A stretch of 64,000 bases of DNA from Candidatus Bathyarchaeota archaeon (GTDB taxonomy: Archaea; Thermoproteota; Bathyarchaeia; 40CM-2-53-6), in NCBI GenBank assembly GCA_963726255.1, contig CAVSBL010000002.1, forward strand, positions 928,001 to 992,000, written 5' to 3'. The translations under genes were made by a program, and so were the position numbers. A model generated the notes under the pieces. It ran no database searches, had not been told where the DNA came from, and saw only the letters and a list, made by a program, of their open reading frames with translations. Below are positions 19,422 through 29,437 of the stretch, piece after piece. Positions within the stretch are counted from its first letter, which is position 1. Every line of letters begins with the position of its first letter.

Positions 19422-21689
19422 TTGCGGATCGACGAACTCCCCATCCCAGACGCTGTTAAGGCTGTTCTAGCTAAGGCCGGGTACGATGTACTATACCCTC
19501 CCCAAGAGGACGCTATCAAAGCCGGCGCCTTGGACGGGAAGAACATCGTTCTCGCAAGCCCAACGGCATCAGGCAAGACGCTTGTCGCAGAAATGGCAAT
19601 TCTCAAGTCGATACTTGAGAAGGGCGGAAAAGCACTCTACCTTACCCCGCTCCGGGCACTAGCGAGCGAGAAGTACGAAGACTTCCAAAAGTACACATCA
19701 GTCGAAAAGACGCCGGGCCGAAACGTTCGAGTCGCCGTCACTAGCGGAGATTACGACAGGTCCAACATCTATCTCGCCAACTATGATGTCATCATCTCCA
19801 CGAACGAGAAAGCCGATTCGCTCCTGAGACACCGCTCGCCATGGATTGCAGATATCTCGGTTGTTGTCGCTGATGAAATTCACCTTATCACCGAAGCAGA
19901 CAGGGGGCCAACCCTTGAGGTCGTTCTGACCCGCTTACTGAAAATCAACCCACGAATTCAAGTCATCGCACTGAGCGCCACCATCAAGAATGCTGCGGAG
20001 ATCGGCGAGTGGCTCAAAGGCATCCCCATCACTACCGAGTGGCGGCCCGTCCCGCTTAGAGAAGGCGTCTATTACGACGGTCAAATCCAATTCAAGGACG
20101 GGGCCTCTCGCTTCATCCCGCACACCGATACGAACCCGATTTTTGACACCGCACTCGACGTTGTGCGCGAGGGGGGCCAGGTCCTAATCTTCGCTGAAAC
20201 TCGGCGCACAGCTGTGGAGATGGGAAAGAAAGCTGCGGGAGTTCTCAGAAGATACCTGCCCAAGCCGGACCGTAGGGGTTTGGAGAACATAGCCCAAAGA
20301 ATCCTCGCAACCGGCGAAAGAACTCGACTAGGAGAAGTGTTGGCGGAACAGACACTGAACGGCGTTGCCTTCCACCACGCAGGTTTACCTGGAGGACACC
20401 GCAAAATCATCGAAGACGCATTCAAAGCTGGGCGGTTGAAGATTTTGTCCGCGACTCCGACCCTCGCGGCCGGCGTTAACCTCCCCGCCCGTACGGTCAT
20501 CATAAGCAGCTACGAAAGGTACGAACCTGGGTACGGACGTTACCCGATCTCCGTTTTGGAGTATAAGCAGTTTTGTGGTCGGGCGGGGAGGCCGAAGTAC
20601 GACAAGTACGGTGAAGCCATCCTCATAGCTCGAACCGAAGATGAGCAAGACTATCTTCTGAAGAACTACGCCCTCGCGGAACCTGAAAGAATCTGGTCCA
20701 AACTCGGTGCAGAGAAAGTTCTCAGGCCGCATGTGCTAGCGACCATTGCCACGCGGTTTGCTACCACTGAAGATGGGTTGACCAGGTTTTTCGCGAAGAC
20801 CTTCTATGCCTTCCAATACGACCCCAAGATGATCAAAGGAAAACTCGGCGACATACTTTCCTTCCTCCACAGAGAGCAGATGGTTGAATTCGAGGGCGAA
20901 GAGCTGAAGGCTACGAGGTTCGGCCGGCGTGTCTCCGAACTCTACATAGACCCAGTATCCGCAGTTGTCCTACGGGACGGGTTATACACACGGGCCAAAC
21001 ACGTGACCGAGACCAGCTTCCTGCATCTGATCTCGAGAACGCCCGACATTTCACCCAAATTGTACCCACGCCGCGGGGAAGATGAAATGCTCGACCTCTT
21101 CGCCAAAGAGCACCAAGACGAATTCATGTGTGAGACCCCTGAATACTACGGCGACACCAACGGCGTGACCTATGAGGAATTCCTAGCCGAAATCAAATGC
21201 GCAAGGGTTCTGTACGAATGGATCAATGAAACCAGCGAAGACGGCATACTCGAAGTTCACAAAGTTGAACCAGGCGACATACTCAGGATGGTGGACACTG
21301 CAAGATGGCTCTTGCACGCGACCTACCAGCTCGCTGAACTGTTCGGCCACAAGGACCTTCTCGCGCAGGCGTACGAACTGCAAATCCGGTGCGCTAAGGG
21401 TGTCAAAGCCGAACTAGTTCCTCTAGTCGAACTTGAAGGCGTAGGGCGCGTCAGGGCTCGTTCCCTGTTCAGCGCAGGATACAGAAACCTTGACGACCTG
21501 AAGCGCGCCTCGGTAACGGATCTGATGAACGTCCCACTGATCGGCCCGTCGCTAGCAAAGAAAATCAAGGAACAGGTAGGCGGCCTCATCAAGGCCGAGG
21601 AATGGGAAAGATTGAACTCGAAGACCGCTGAAACAACTGAACAAAGCCTGCTAACCGACTATAGAGAGGGCGATAGCGAAAGCATCTAG
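19422..21689 (+). CDS. hel308: Hel308/Hjm Ski2-like SF2 helicase
   Basis: PTASGKT, DEIH, SAT, AGVNLPAR and GRAGRP motifs; C-terminal HhH. Confidence 0.95.
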   Translation: MRIDELPIPDAVKAVLAKAGYDVLYPPQEDAIKAGALDGKNIVLASPTASGKTLVAEMAILKSILEKGGKALYLTPLRALASEKYEDFQKYTSVEKTPGRNVRVAVTSGDYDRSNIYLANYDVIISTNEKADSLLRHRSPWIADISVVVADEIHLITEADRGPTLEVVLTRLLKINPRIQVIALSATIKNAAEIGEWLKGIPITTEWRPVPLREGVYYDGQIQFKDGASRFIPHTDTNPIFDTALDVVREGGQVLIFAETRRTAVEMGKKAAGVLRRYLPKPDRRGLENIAQRILATGERTRLGEVLAEQTLNGVAFHHAGLPGGHRKIIEDAFKAGRLKILSATPTLAAGVNLPARTVIISSYERYEPGYGRYPISVLEYKQFCGRAGRPKYDKYGEAILIARTEDEQDYLLKNYALAEPERIWSKLGAEKVLRPHVLATIATRFATTEDGLTRFFAKTFYAFQYDPKMIKGKLGDILSFLHREQMVEFEGEELKATRFGRRVSELYIDPVSAVVLRDGLYTRAKHVTETSFLHLISRTPDISPKLYPRRGEDEMLDLFAKEHQDEFMCETPEYYGDTNGVTYEEFLAEIKCARVLYEWINETSEDGILEVHKVEPGDILRMVDTARWLLHATYQLAELFGHKDLLAQAYELQIRCAKGVKAELVPLVELEGVGRVRARSLFSAGYRNLDDLKRASVTDLMNVPLIGPSLAKKIKEQVGGLIKAEEWERLNSKTAETTEQSLLTDYREGDSESI

Positions 21690-23055
21690 TCCGAAAGGCC
21701 ACGCCCTTTCCGTTCGGCCACTGTCTTCCCCACCGCAGCGTCCACAAGCTCGCCCGACAAGCCCAGGTAAGACTTGGGATTCAAAGCGGATTTGATATCC
21801 TCCTTCGTCAGATACTTTGCAATCGCTGGGTTGGCCTCCAACACTTCGGCGAAGCCTTTGTTTTTCTCCTGGCTATCGAATACGAGTTGCTGCAAGAGCT
21901 TGTGAGCTTCTAGCCGCGGCATCCCCTTGTTTACGAGGGCTATCATAACTGCCTCGGACATCATTGGGTCTTTGAATTTCTTCAAGTTCTCAAGCATTTG
22001 GCGCTCGTTGACTCGCAGCCCGCCAAGAATCCGAACCATCGAATCCAACATATGATCCACTAGTATGAAGGATTCTGGGATCACAAAGCGCTCGGAAGCT
22101 GATTGGGATAGGTCACGCTCGTGCCACGTTACAATTCCCTCCAATGCCGGGGCGACCAGGCTTCGCTCGATTTTGGCCAGGCTTGAAACACTTTCGCTTC
22201 TCCAAGGATTTCTTTTCTGAGGCATTGTGGAACTTCCCACCTGCTTGCCCACTTCAAACGGCTCACCCAACTCGTCAATCTCGGGCCTCTGCAGGTTCCT
22301 GATTTCAACGGCAAATTTGTCCAAGGAACTGGCTATGATAGCGAAAACGCAGACTAGTTCGGCGTACCTGTCGCGTTGAACAATCTGACTGGTAACCTCC
22401 GCCGCCCTAAGCCCGAGGCGTTTCATTACCAGCTCCTGAATCTTTAGAGCGTTCTTGCCGAGGCCAGCCATGGTGCCCACCGCCCCGCTCAATTTACCGA
22501 CGAGAACGCGTTCCTTGCACTGGTTCAGGCGGTCGATATGTCTGGCAACTTCACGCAACCAAACCGCAAATTTGAGCCCGAGAGTCATGGGTAACGCGTG
22601 TTGGCCATGCGTGCGGCCAATGACCATTGTGTCCCTGTACTTTCTCGACAGGGCGATGAGGCCCTCTTCCAGCCTGTCCAGCCTAGCCTGAACTATTTCC
22701 AACCCTTCCTTCATTTGCAAGGCCAATGCGGTATCAAGAATGTCGGAGGACGTTGCTCCAAGGTGAACATACGCTCCGCCCTTCCCGGAAACCTCGGAAA
22801 GAGCTTCGACTAAGGCCGCCGTTTCATGAGCGACGACTTTCTCAATCTGACGAATCCTCTCCAACTTAACATGCTTCATAGTCGCGTGGCGTTCGATTTC
22901 CTCAGCTGCTTCTTTCGGTATTTCACCCAGCTGCCCTCTCGCCCACGCTAAAGCTGCCTCAACATCAAGCATCCTCTGGAAACGCGCCTCCTCCTCGAAC
23001 ACTGCCCGCATCTCCGGGACCCGTAACGGCCGGTATCAATGGGCAATATTGGCAA
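21686..23055 (-). CDS. purB: Adenylosuccinate lyase (apparent 1-nt frameshift near 23016)
   Basis: H.GATSSD, GRTHGQHA and GSSTMPQKRNP motifs; N-terminus MPILPIDTGRYGS lies in another frame upstream of 23011. Confidence 0.93.
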
Positions 23056-23138
23056 TTCTCAGCCCGAGGCCAACGTAGCGTTCGTACGTAATATAAACTC
23101 GGGTGGTTTAACGCAAATATACTCCTTCGGATGCGTGA

Positions 23139-24617
23139 TTGATGATTCGCATGCGGCGCAGCATAGTCTTCGCAATTTTGATCGCTCTTGTTCTCGCCTA
23201 TTCGCCGCATCAAGTCAAAGCAACACTGGGGCCGTGTTGCGAGTATACGTTCGTAGTCAGTGATTTGCAACCGAAACCTGGGGAACGAGTCGATTTCACG
23301 GGCGTGGTCACCGACCAATATGGTGGCGGGGATGCCAATGTGACTGTTCAGTATCAGGACACTGCGGTCAGAAATGGAACCAGCTTGAGCAATTCTACAA
23401 CAGACGCCAATGGAGCATTCTATCTGAACATCAACATGCCGGTGATCCCTAATCCAAACACGATAAGGTACACGTTGACTATGACTGATCCCGCCATTAA
23501 TTGGACCACAACCGTCGCGGGCAGCTATCCCCCGCCATCGGGTTCCCCATCAGGGGATTTTCCTGCATTGTACAATAGCCAATTGGGTGGGCGCACGAAT
23601 GCCTACCTCAACATTCAATCAGCCGGCTTTCCCGGGATCATATACATTAGTGAAGGATACGACCAGCCAATCTTGCATGGCGTTAGTTCCCTCGATCAGG
23701 GGACAACAGACCTTTTGACCGGCCTTGCAAACAAGGGGTTCAATGTGATCGCACCGATTTCGTGGTTCGTCACAGACGTCCCAGTTTTCCCCTACGAACT
23801 GGCAGCCATGCTCAAGTTCGCGTTCCACATCAGCCAAGTCTACATAATTGGCTGGAGCGCCGGCGGCACAGTGGCTGCTTGGGTCCTCACGCATGACCTA
23901 TACGGCATATTCAATCTCGGAGTCGTGATGGACGCGGAGGTGGCTGGGACATCAAATCAAACCGATACCAAGTCGTCAGTTTTCAATACCGCCCAATCCT
24001 CGGAGAGCGTCAAGATCCCGCATTTGCTCATCTGGGGCATTAGCGATGGTGGCACGACAAGCATTCAATCAGCATTCTTGTGGGCGAAGCATGTTCAAAA
24101 CAATCTTGCCCGTATCGACGCCTTCACTTATGGGCATCAATGGATCGGAACCGATGTCGAAGGCAGAATCCTGGCCGACATCCTTGCCTTCTTCAACACT
24201 CAATCTGTGGGAACCATCAGCACCCTCCAGTCAGATTATGGAACTGCACAGTTCTTGACAGACAGCCAGGTCCTTAGCGGCAACCCGTATGACGCGCAAA
24301 GCAAGGAGTATGTCTTCCAAATCACGGGCCAGAACGGCACGGTAGGTTCAATGAACCTAGCCATTCCCATCGCATCCATTGACGGACAGCCGGTCGTCTT
24401 ATTTGACCAAAATGCCCTTCCAACTGCCTACACCTCAGACGCCAACAACTATTACATCTGCTTCACCTACACGCACAGTACGCACACGATACTCGTCGTC
24501 GGGCAAAATGACATTCCAGAATTTCCAGTCAACGCGAGCATCGTGCTGGTCGCACTCTTGCTATGTATGTTCATGATGATTGGGGCTTTTGGCAGAAAAA
24601 GAACTAGGCGAACCTGA
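23139..24617 (+). CDS. Secreted alpha/beta hydrolase with Ig-like domain and PEF-CTERM-type sorting signal
   Basis: Signal peptide; GWSAGG nucleophile elbow; IPEFP + TM + RKRTRR tail. Confidence 0.8.
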   Translation: MMIRMRRSIVFAILIALVLAYSPHQVKATLGPCCEYTFVVSDLQPKPGERVDFTGVVTDQYGGGDANVTVQYQDTAVRNGTSLSNSTTDANGAFYLNINMPVIPNPNTIRYTLTMTDPAINWTTTVAGSYPPPSGSPSGDFPALYNSQLGGRTNAYLNIQSAGFPGIIYISEGYDQPILHGVSSLDQGTTDLLTGLANKGFNVIAPISWFVTDVPVFPYELAAMLKFAFHISQVYIIGWSAGGTVAAWVLTHDLYGIFNLGVVMDAEVAGTSNQTDTKSSVFNTAQSSESVKIPHLLIWGISDGGTTSIQSAFLWAKHVQNNLARIDAFTYGHQWIGTDVEGRILADILAFFNTQSVGTISTLQSDYGTAQFLTDSQVLSGNPYDAQSKEYVFQITGQNGTVGSMNLAIPIASIDGQPVVLFDQNALPTAYTSDANNYYICFTYTHSTHTILVVGQNDIPEFPVNASIVLVALLLCMFMMIGAFGRKRTRRT

Positions 24618-24703
24618 GGTCTACATACCCATCATGACCGGTTCTTGTTTGTCACTGCAGCGTACCTGATATACGACGAGTGGAAAAACCGAAGCGACAA
24701 AGC

Positions 24704-26109
24704 TTGGGTGCAATTGCCGCAGCGTTCGCCAGAAACGGGACTGATACTCAGGCGCTCGTCGAGAATATGCTCCGTTCCTTGAGCCACCGGGGAGCTAACT
24801 CGAAGACCCTGAAGATGACTGACGACGGAAACGTCAACCTGTCGGCCGGATACTCCTCTGGAAGCGCGCTTGAAGTGCATGTTTTTGAAGCTAACGGGGC
24901 TGCCACTATGCTCGACGGTTCAATCTTCCGAATTCGGCACGCGGCTCGATTCGCCCACAAACGCCTAACGAGAAGAATGTCGGTAGCCAAGGCTGCAAGT
25001 TCGCTCCTTGAGGAACCTGGCGCCTTCGCCTGCACATTTCTACAGAAAGGAAAGTTGTGTGCTTTCAGAGACCTAAACGGACTAAAACCATTGTATTATG
25101 CGAGGAGCAGAAATCTGACCGTTTTCGCTTCGGAGAGAAAAGCCCTCTGGCGGATCGGTTTGAGTCATGTTAAGAGAGTAAATCCAGGATATCTTTACTC
25201 AACTACGGACCGCAGGTTCAGCGAAACCCGCCTAGCGCATATTCCCCGGCCTGCCGTGAGAAAGATGGACATTCACCAAGCATCATCACGACTCTCTCTC
25301 CTGCTGAAGAGATCCATTCGAAAGATAACGCATGGTGTTGACAAGGTTGCCGTTGCCTTTTCAGGCGGCCTCGACAGCGCCATAACTGCACTACTTGCCA
25401 ACCAGACGCGGTCTAACGTGGAAGCAGTCAGCGTGGGCCTCCCCGCGTCCCCAGAACTCGCTGTCGTTGAACATTTCGCGCGGGAACTTGATTTGCCCAT
25501 TACAATAGAATCATTCAGTCTTGATTCGCTCGAAGAATATGTTCGGCGTGTGGTCTGGCTTATAGAGGAGCCGAACTTGATGAAGGTTAGTGTGGCTGTG
25601 CCCCTTCACTGGGCAGCGATTGTCGCCGCCAAACGCCGGTGCTCCATCATGCTTTGCGGGCAAGGCAGCGACGAACTCTACGGCGGTTATTACAAGTACG
25701 CGAGAACGCTGGATAAGAGAGGACGAAAGGCACTCGTTGCCGAGCTCTACCGCAGCGTCGTGGATTCGGCTCAAGTGAACTATGAGAGGGATGACCAGGC
25801 CACTGCCCCGCTTGGCGTAGAGCTGCGCACACCTTTCGCCGACTTGGATGTAATCAGATTTTCGTTGTCAATTCCTTCCGAATTCAAAGTTAGGCCCGGG
25901 AATGACCTTACGAGGAAGTGGGTTCTGCGGAGCGCGGCGAAAAAGATGGGGTTGCCAGAGGACATGGTATGGCGCCGCAAGAAGGCAATTCAGCATGGGA
26001 CCGGAGTAGAGAACGCCATCCGCAAGCTCGCAAAAAGCGGGGCTTAACGGCGGAAGGGTACCTTTTGAAGGTGCATGAAGAAGTCATAAGAATGGAATCA
26101 ATGCCTTGA
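24704..26109 (+). CDS. Asparagine synthase-like protein (AsnB family; apparent frameshift near 26035)
   Basis: HRG, RD..G.KPLYY, FASE, AFSGGLDS, GQGSDELYGGY and R.K.AIQ.G motifs; C-terminus continues in ORF 25918..26109. Confidence 0.88.
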
Positions 26110-26112
26110 GTA

Positions 26113-26284
26113 ATGCCGTTTGGAGGATTAAGGTTCGCAAACTGAAGCTAAGGTCAGCTTAATCGTAACGTTGATTCTCATACTTGCCGCACTGTTCGTG
26201 TCTCTACAAGTTGCCGCGGTGCTGGCTACAACCTACCTCATAGTATACGCCGTTCGCAGGTTGAGAAAACAAAGAAAGAGCTGA
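26113..26284 (+). CDS. Possible small membrane protein (needs a 1-nt correction)
   Basis: Hydrophobic frame AKVSLIVTLILILAALFVSLQVAAVLATTYLIVYAVRRLRKQRKS; nearest ATG (26113) is out of frame. Confidence 0.35.
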
Positions 26285-26316
26285 CCGACCGGTCTCATAA
26301 CGGGGCCGACTCTAAT

Positions 26317-26886
26317 TTGCCCTTGCACATTGCGGTCGATTTGGACGGTGTCCTAGCAGACACCATGGTAGCCTTTTGCAGAATCCTAAACCAACGCCAC
26401 TCGACACAATTCACGGTGAACTCCTTCGTTCAATGGAACGCATGGAAGGTAGCTCACATCACAAAGGAGGAGTTCTTTCGGACTCTCGACGAAGCATGGT
26501 TTGATTGGGAGAGCATTCCGCCCGTAGAGGAGAATATTGGGGCGCGGGTCAGCCGAATACATGGGCTCGGGCGTGTCGATGTGGTTACAGGGCGTAGTCA
26601 AGCGACGGTTCAGGCTGCGAAATCGTGGCTCGAAAAACAGAAAGTGCCGTATGACACCTTCGTCCGAACGGCCAGCACCAGAGCAAAGGCGAATCTGAGT
26701 TACGATGTCTTCATAGACGATTCTGCTGAGCTCACGTCTCTAGTAGCTTCCAGCTTCGATAGGTGGGGTGTCCTCTACACACAACCGTGGAACCGAGCCG
26801 CCAAAGAAATGCCGAGAATCTTCAGGGTCGAAAGTTGGGAACAGATACCAGCTTTATTGGAGCAGGTCTCGGCGACGAAGAAATAA
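26317..26886 (+). CDS. HAD-family 5'(3')-deoxyribonucleotidase-like protein
   Basis: DLDGVLAD, VTGR and FIDD motifs. Confidence 0.88.
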   Translation: MPLHIAVDLDGVLADTMVAFCRILNQRHSTQFTVNSFVQWNAWKVAHITKEEFFRTLDEAWFDWESIPPVEENIGARVSRIHGLGRVDVVTGRSQATVQAAKSWLEKQKVPYDTFVRTASTRAKANLSYDVFIDDSAELTSLVASSFDRWGVLYTQPWNRAAKEMPRIFRVESWEQIPALLEQVSATKK

Positions 26887-26901
26887 CGGCGCTTATGCGT
26901 T

Positions 26902-27558
26902 CTACCCTCTGAACTGGGAGATGAAGGTTAGCGTTTTTCCCCAAGCGTCTTTCGCGGCTTCAGCGTTATGGCCTTCCCAGTTCGGCCGATGGAAGGCATG
27001 CTGCGCGTTCGGGTAGAGGTGTACATCGACTCTTTTCTTATACTTGGTTGCGGCGGGGAGGAAATGCTGGTACGCCCACGGCGTTACTCTTTCATCCTCT
27101 GAAGCCAGCATGAGTTGAACGGGCCCTTTAGCACCCTTAACTTGCTCCACATTTTCGACCATGCCATAGTAGTCTACACAAAAGGCCATGTTCAAGTTGC
27201 AGGCGCCCAAGAGCGCAAAAGCTCCACCCATGCAGAACCCCATTGAACCGACCTTCGCGTCCTGGCCGAACTTCTGCACAAGAAGTTGAAGGCCTGAACC
27301 TAAGGCATCTAAGACTTCTTGCTCTTTCAAAACCGACCTGAACTTGAACCCCTCCTCAAGGGATGACGCAAGCTTTCCGCGGTAAAGATCCACTGCCGCA
27401 ACCGAGAAACCTGCTTGCGCAAGCTGCGCTGCCACGGAATCTGCATATTGGTCGAAGCCGAATATCTCGTGCACCAAGACGACTCCAACCTTAGAGCTCG
27501 CGGGATGCAGCCGAAAATCCCAGCCCCCGGAAGTGACCTTGGTTGACTGTTCTTGCAT
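26902..27558 (-). CDS. Dienelactone hydrolase family protein
   Basis: HEIFG, GFCMGG and HAF motifs. Confidence 0.93.
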   Translation of the reverse strand: MQEQSTKVTSGGWDFRLHPASSKVGVVLVHEIFGFDQYADSVAAQLAQAGFSVAAVDLYRGKLASSLEEGFKFRSVLKEQEVLDALGSGLQLLVQKFGQDAKVGSMGFCMGGAFALLGACNLNMAFCVDYYGMVENVEQVKGAKGPVQLMLASEDERVTPWAYQHFLPAATKYKKRVDVHLYPNAQHAFHRPNWEGHNAEAAKDAWGKTLTFISQFRG

Positions 27559-27680
27559 ACTGAATCACTGAGCCACCTAAGATAGCTCTAATTTCCATCT
27601 TTCACAAGTGGCTAGTTGAGCCAGCCGCCCTTGAAGCCTAATTACGCTTGACCATCCGTCGTGTTTGCATGGCGGTTTAG

Positions 27681-28358
27681 ATGGATAGGAATGATGTCTT
27701 GAAACGACTCAAGTCCCACTCGAATCCTGAAGCGGTCAAGGGAATGGCCCGATTCGGAATCAACCCAAACAATACGTACGGCGTATCCATTCCCACCCTC
27801 AGAAAGATAGCAAGAGAGCTTGGTAGGAATCACTCCCTCAGCCTGGAACTCTGGGAATCCGGAATCCACGAAGCCCGCATACTCGCCTCAATGATTGACA
27901 TTCCAGAAAAAGTCACGGCAACCCAGATGGATAAGTGGGTTAGGGATTTCGACTCGTGGGACGTTTGCGACCAAACCTGCAGCAACCTGTTCGACAAAAC
28001 GAAAGCAGCCTACCAAAAAGCATTCGAATGGAGTTTACGGGACGAAGAGTTCACCAAGAGGGCAGGATTCGCTCTGATGGCTGCGCTAGCATTTCATGAC
28101 AAGAAAGCGCCGAATGCAAAATTCCTGAAATTCCTGAAAGCAATTACAAGAGAAGCCACCGATGAGCGAAACTTCGTTAGGAAGGCGGTTAACTGGGCCC
28201 TCAGGCAGATTGGAAAACGGAACCTTGAGCTCAATCGAGCAGCTGTAAGGACCGCTAAACAAATCCGGAAAATGCCCTCCAAGAACGCGCGGTGGATCGC
28301 TTCAGATGCACTGCGCGAATTGACAAGAAGTTCAGTGCAGAAGAGGCTGAGAGAGTGA
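27681..28358 (+). CDS. DNA alkylation repair protein (AlkD-like)
   Basis: GVSIP.LR, SWDVCD and FVRKAVNWALRQIGKRN motifs. Confidence 0.9.
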   Translation: MDRNDVLKRLKSHSNPEAVKGMARFGINPNNTYGVSIPTLRKIARELGRNHSLSLELWESGIHEARILASMIDIPEKVTATQMDKWVRDFDSWDVCDQTCSNLFDKTKAAYQKAFEWSLRDEEFTKRAGFALMAALAFHDKKAPNAKFLKFLKAITREATDERNFVRKAVNWALRQIGKRNLELNRAAVRTAKQIRKMPSKNARWIASDALRELTRSSVQKRLRE

Positions 28359-28369
28359 GAGCGCCGCAA

Positions 28370-28912
28370 TCATTTCCATTTGATTGTGCAGCCGACAGGC
28401 TTGGTCTCAGCGGTTACCGGCGTTCTCCCCGCCAGCACCGCGTCGAGGGCGTCCCGCAGAAACTTCACCTTGACAGCCGCCGGGTCATCATAGTTGTCAT
28501 CGATCACGCCATGATACCGTAGCCCACCCGCCTTATCGAACAAGAAGACCTCGGGCGTTCGCTCAGCTCCATAAGCCCGTGCTACCTCCTGGCTCTCGTC
28601 ACGCAAATATGGAAAGTTGAAATGCTTCTCCCGTGCCCGCGCCTTCATCTTCTCGAAGCTATCATCAGGATACTTCGAGGCGTCATTCGCGTTCACCGCG
28701 ACTAATTGTACACCCTTCACGCCATAACCTGCCTGTATCTGGACCATACGGTCCTCCCAAGCGCGAACATACGGACAATGGTTGCAACTGAAAATAACCA
28801 CCACCGCATTCTTTCCAGAATACTGCGCGAACGAGTGGCTCTTACCATCGACGTCGGGTAAGGTGAAAGGTAAGGCCGTATCCCCAATCTTCAAGTTCGC
28901 CATTTTCCTCAT
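28370..28912 (-). CDS. Thioredoxin-fold AhpC/TSA family protein
   Basis: CNHCPYV, YGA.RTPE and GCTIKWK motifs. Confidence 0.9.
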   Translation of the reverse strand: MRKMANLKIGDTALPFTLPDVDGKSHSFAQYSGKNAVVVIFSCNHCPYVRAWEDRMVQIQAGYGVKGVQLVAVNANDASKYPDDSFEKMKARAREKHFNFPYLRDESQEVARAYGAERTPEVFLFDKAGGLRYHGVIDDNYDDPAAVKVKFLRDALDAVLAGRTPVTAETKPVGCTIKWK

Positions 28913-28931
28913 CGCTTCATATCGTTTAGGG

Positions 28932-29261
28932 CTAGGTTCTACTCTTAAGATTCTCCTTAGCAGTACGAACGGCCTTCCGAATCATTGAGACCGATGGCAA
29001 TGGAGAGATACGCCCATCTTCAAGGGTGTAGGCTCTGCAGGCTAGAGCAAATTCAAGGCTGGGAATCGGATCGATATCATGCCCATCAATCAGAATCGTG
29101 GGCGAACCAGGAAAATGATACCGCTTCGCATCCTCGAAGGTCTCAACTCTGATAACTTCAATCTCTGCAGCTACGCCCTCCTCTTCAAGGACCTTGCGTA
29201 ACCGTTGAATCGCTTCGTCATGTGAGGGGCATTGCTCTGAATAGAGGAAACGAATCTCCAC
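28932..29261 (-). CDS. Thioredoxin-like protein (DUF2703-like)
   Basis: LY...CP, F.GSPTI.IDG.D and ACR.Y motifs. Confidence 0.75.
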   Translation of the reverse strand: MEIRFLYSEQCPSHDEAIQRLRKVLEEEGVAAEIEVIRVETFEDAKRYHFPGSPTILIDGHDIDPIPSLEFALACRAYTLEDGRISPLPSVSMIRKAVRTAKENLKSRT

Positions 29262-29437
29262 AGCTTCTCACTCAGCCTCATTGATGCTTATCGAACCGCG
29301 TCATCACTGTTGCGCATCGCAGGACATTGCCTTCGTCAACCCTCTGGTAATCTCCGGTCAAGAGAACCCATCCAAATGCGTAAGTACCTGAGTTTGTCGT
29401 CCCGAATTCGCAGTAGAAATGCTTGTGGTGTGTTCTA

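Noticed and set aside
29270-29375. Box C/D RNA on the minus strand (GTGATGA ... CTGA)
   Set aside because: Box spacing is inconsistent, there is no convincing terminal stem and no recognisable guide target
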